From Coleofasciculus sp. B1-GNL1-01 (GTDB taxonomy: Bacteria; Cyanobacteriota; Cyanobacteriia; Cyanobacteriales; Coleofasciculaceae): DNA of 64,000 nt. How positions within the stretch are numbered: position 1 is the stretch's first letter; the number at the start of each line of letters is the position of its first letter. The notes beneath the pieces are model-generated. The model had not been told where the DNA came from. It did no database searches and saw nothing but the letters and a program-made list of their open reading frames with translations. The position numbers and the translations under genes are program-made. The stretch lies in assembly GCA_040220235.1 (NCBI GenBank), contig JAVJTO010000030.1; one strand, written 5' to 3'. Positions 63,297-64,000 of this stretch are shown here, in pieces.

Positions 63297-64000
63297 ATGA
63301 CACTAAGCTGTCATGCATTTAAATTGGGTATTAGTAGCGAGCAAGATGCTCGCACTACAAGGATTTCACCATTATTGACATTAAGGTTTAAATGCCGAAC
63401 AGCTTACATCCACAAAACTATTGGGAAGTACCAAAAGAAACGGTTAAAGTAGCGCGTGCATCTTTCCCAAGAGGAAATGTATACATGAAAATGTATGATC
63501 AATTAGGGACACTATACAAAGACAAAGACTTTGTCGGTGTATTTCCCGTCCGATGTGGACAATCAGCCATCTCACCAGCTCGATTAGCATTAATCACCAT
63601 AATGCAATTTGCGGAAGGTTTAACTGATCGACAAGCCGCCGATGCAGTGAGGAGTCGAATAGATTGGAAATATGCTTTGGGATTAAACCTAACCGATTCA
63701 GGATTTGATGCAACGGTACTAAGTGAATTTAGAGGACGACTATGCCAACATGAAGCATCAAATAAGTTGCTGGATGTGATGGTGTCTCACTTTTTTGAAC
63801 ATAAATTAATTAAGACTTGTGGGAAACAGCGTACAGACTCAACCCAGGTGGTGGCGGCTATACGTCAAGTTAATCGTTTAGAATTAGTTGGCGAAACCCT
63901 AAGAGCCACACTGAATCAAATAGCTAAACTTGCACCGGAATGGCTACAAGAAATTATATCAGAAGACGGGTTTGACCGATACAGTGAGCGATTTGAGAAT
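63297..64000 (+). pseudogene. IS1182-family transposase interrupted at codon 3 by a MITE
   Basis: ATG ACA CTA [insert] CAT CCA gives MTLHPQNYWEVP...QFAEGLTDRQAADAVRSRIDWKYAL...VLSEFR...QRTDST...NRLELVGETLRA. Confidence 0.9.
63304..63406 (+). mobile_element. 99-bp AGCTGT MITE with TA duplication
   Basis: TA-agctgt...acagct-TA; the empty site can be reconstructed from the transposase frame. Confidence 0.95.

Larger units (their letters stand above)
62874..64000 (+). mobile_element. IS1182-family insertion sequence (left part; continues past window)
   Basis: A dispersed hairpin is cut at gatactgctggcgaatc (putative IRL); transposase reading frame lies downstream. Confidence 0.7.

Overview
Window from a filamentous cyanobacterium (dense HIP1 GCGATCGC sites; psbO, acsF, flv3/flv1, a sepJ-like gene, and tmRNA tag ANNIVPFARKAAPVAA; probably Oscillatoriales/Coleofasciculus-like, which is an inference). 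The housekeeping backbone (glnB, rdgB, phosphohexomutase, ssrA, rsmI, NFACT, remA, gmk, pepN) is interleaved with defence-like genes: three STAND/NACHT-type proteins, an ietAS-like AAA+S8 pair and a broken MNT-HEPN pair. Intergenic DNA holds many nested small repeats: TA-flanked MITEs, GTAG-type REP hairpins, 21-26 nt micro-insertions and STRRs. Main leads: (1) a 1262-aa STAND NTPase with about ten near-identical 37-aa repeats that differ mainly at one hypervariable two-residue slot; (2) a GxxExxY nuclease gene bracketed by long inverted CGCAGAGG-unit repeats between flv3 and flv1, paralleled by a DUF559 nuclease beside its own hairpin array; (3) an IS1182-like element inserted in a dispersed hairpin, with a ~420-nt leader sharing 14 nt with its target flank; (4) a recently active 99-bp MITE that disrupted both a HEPN active-site motif and the IS1182 transposase; (5) several unannotated ncRNA candidates. 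No CRISPR array, rRNA, tRNA or reverse transcriptase was seen. Family assignments come from motif recognition by eye, not database searches.
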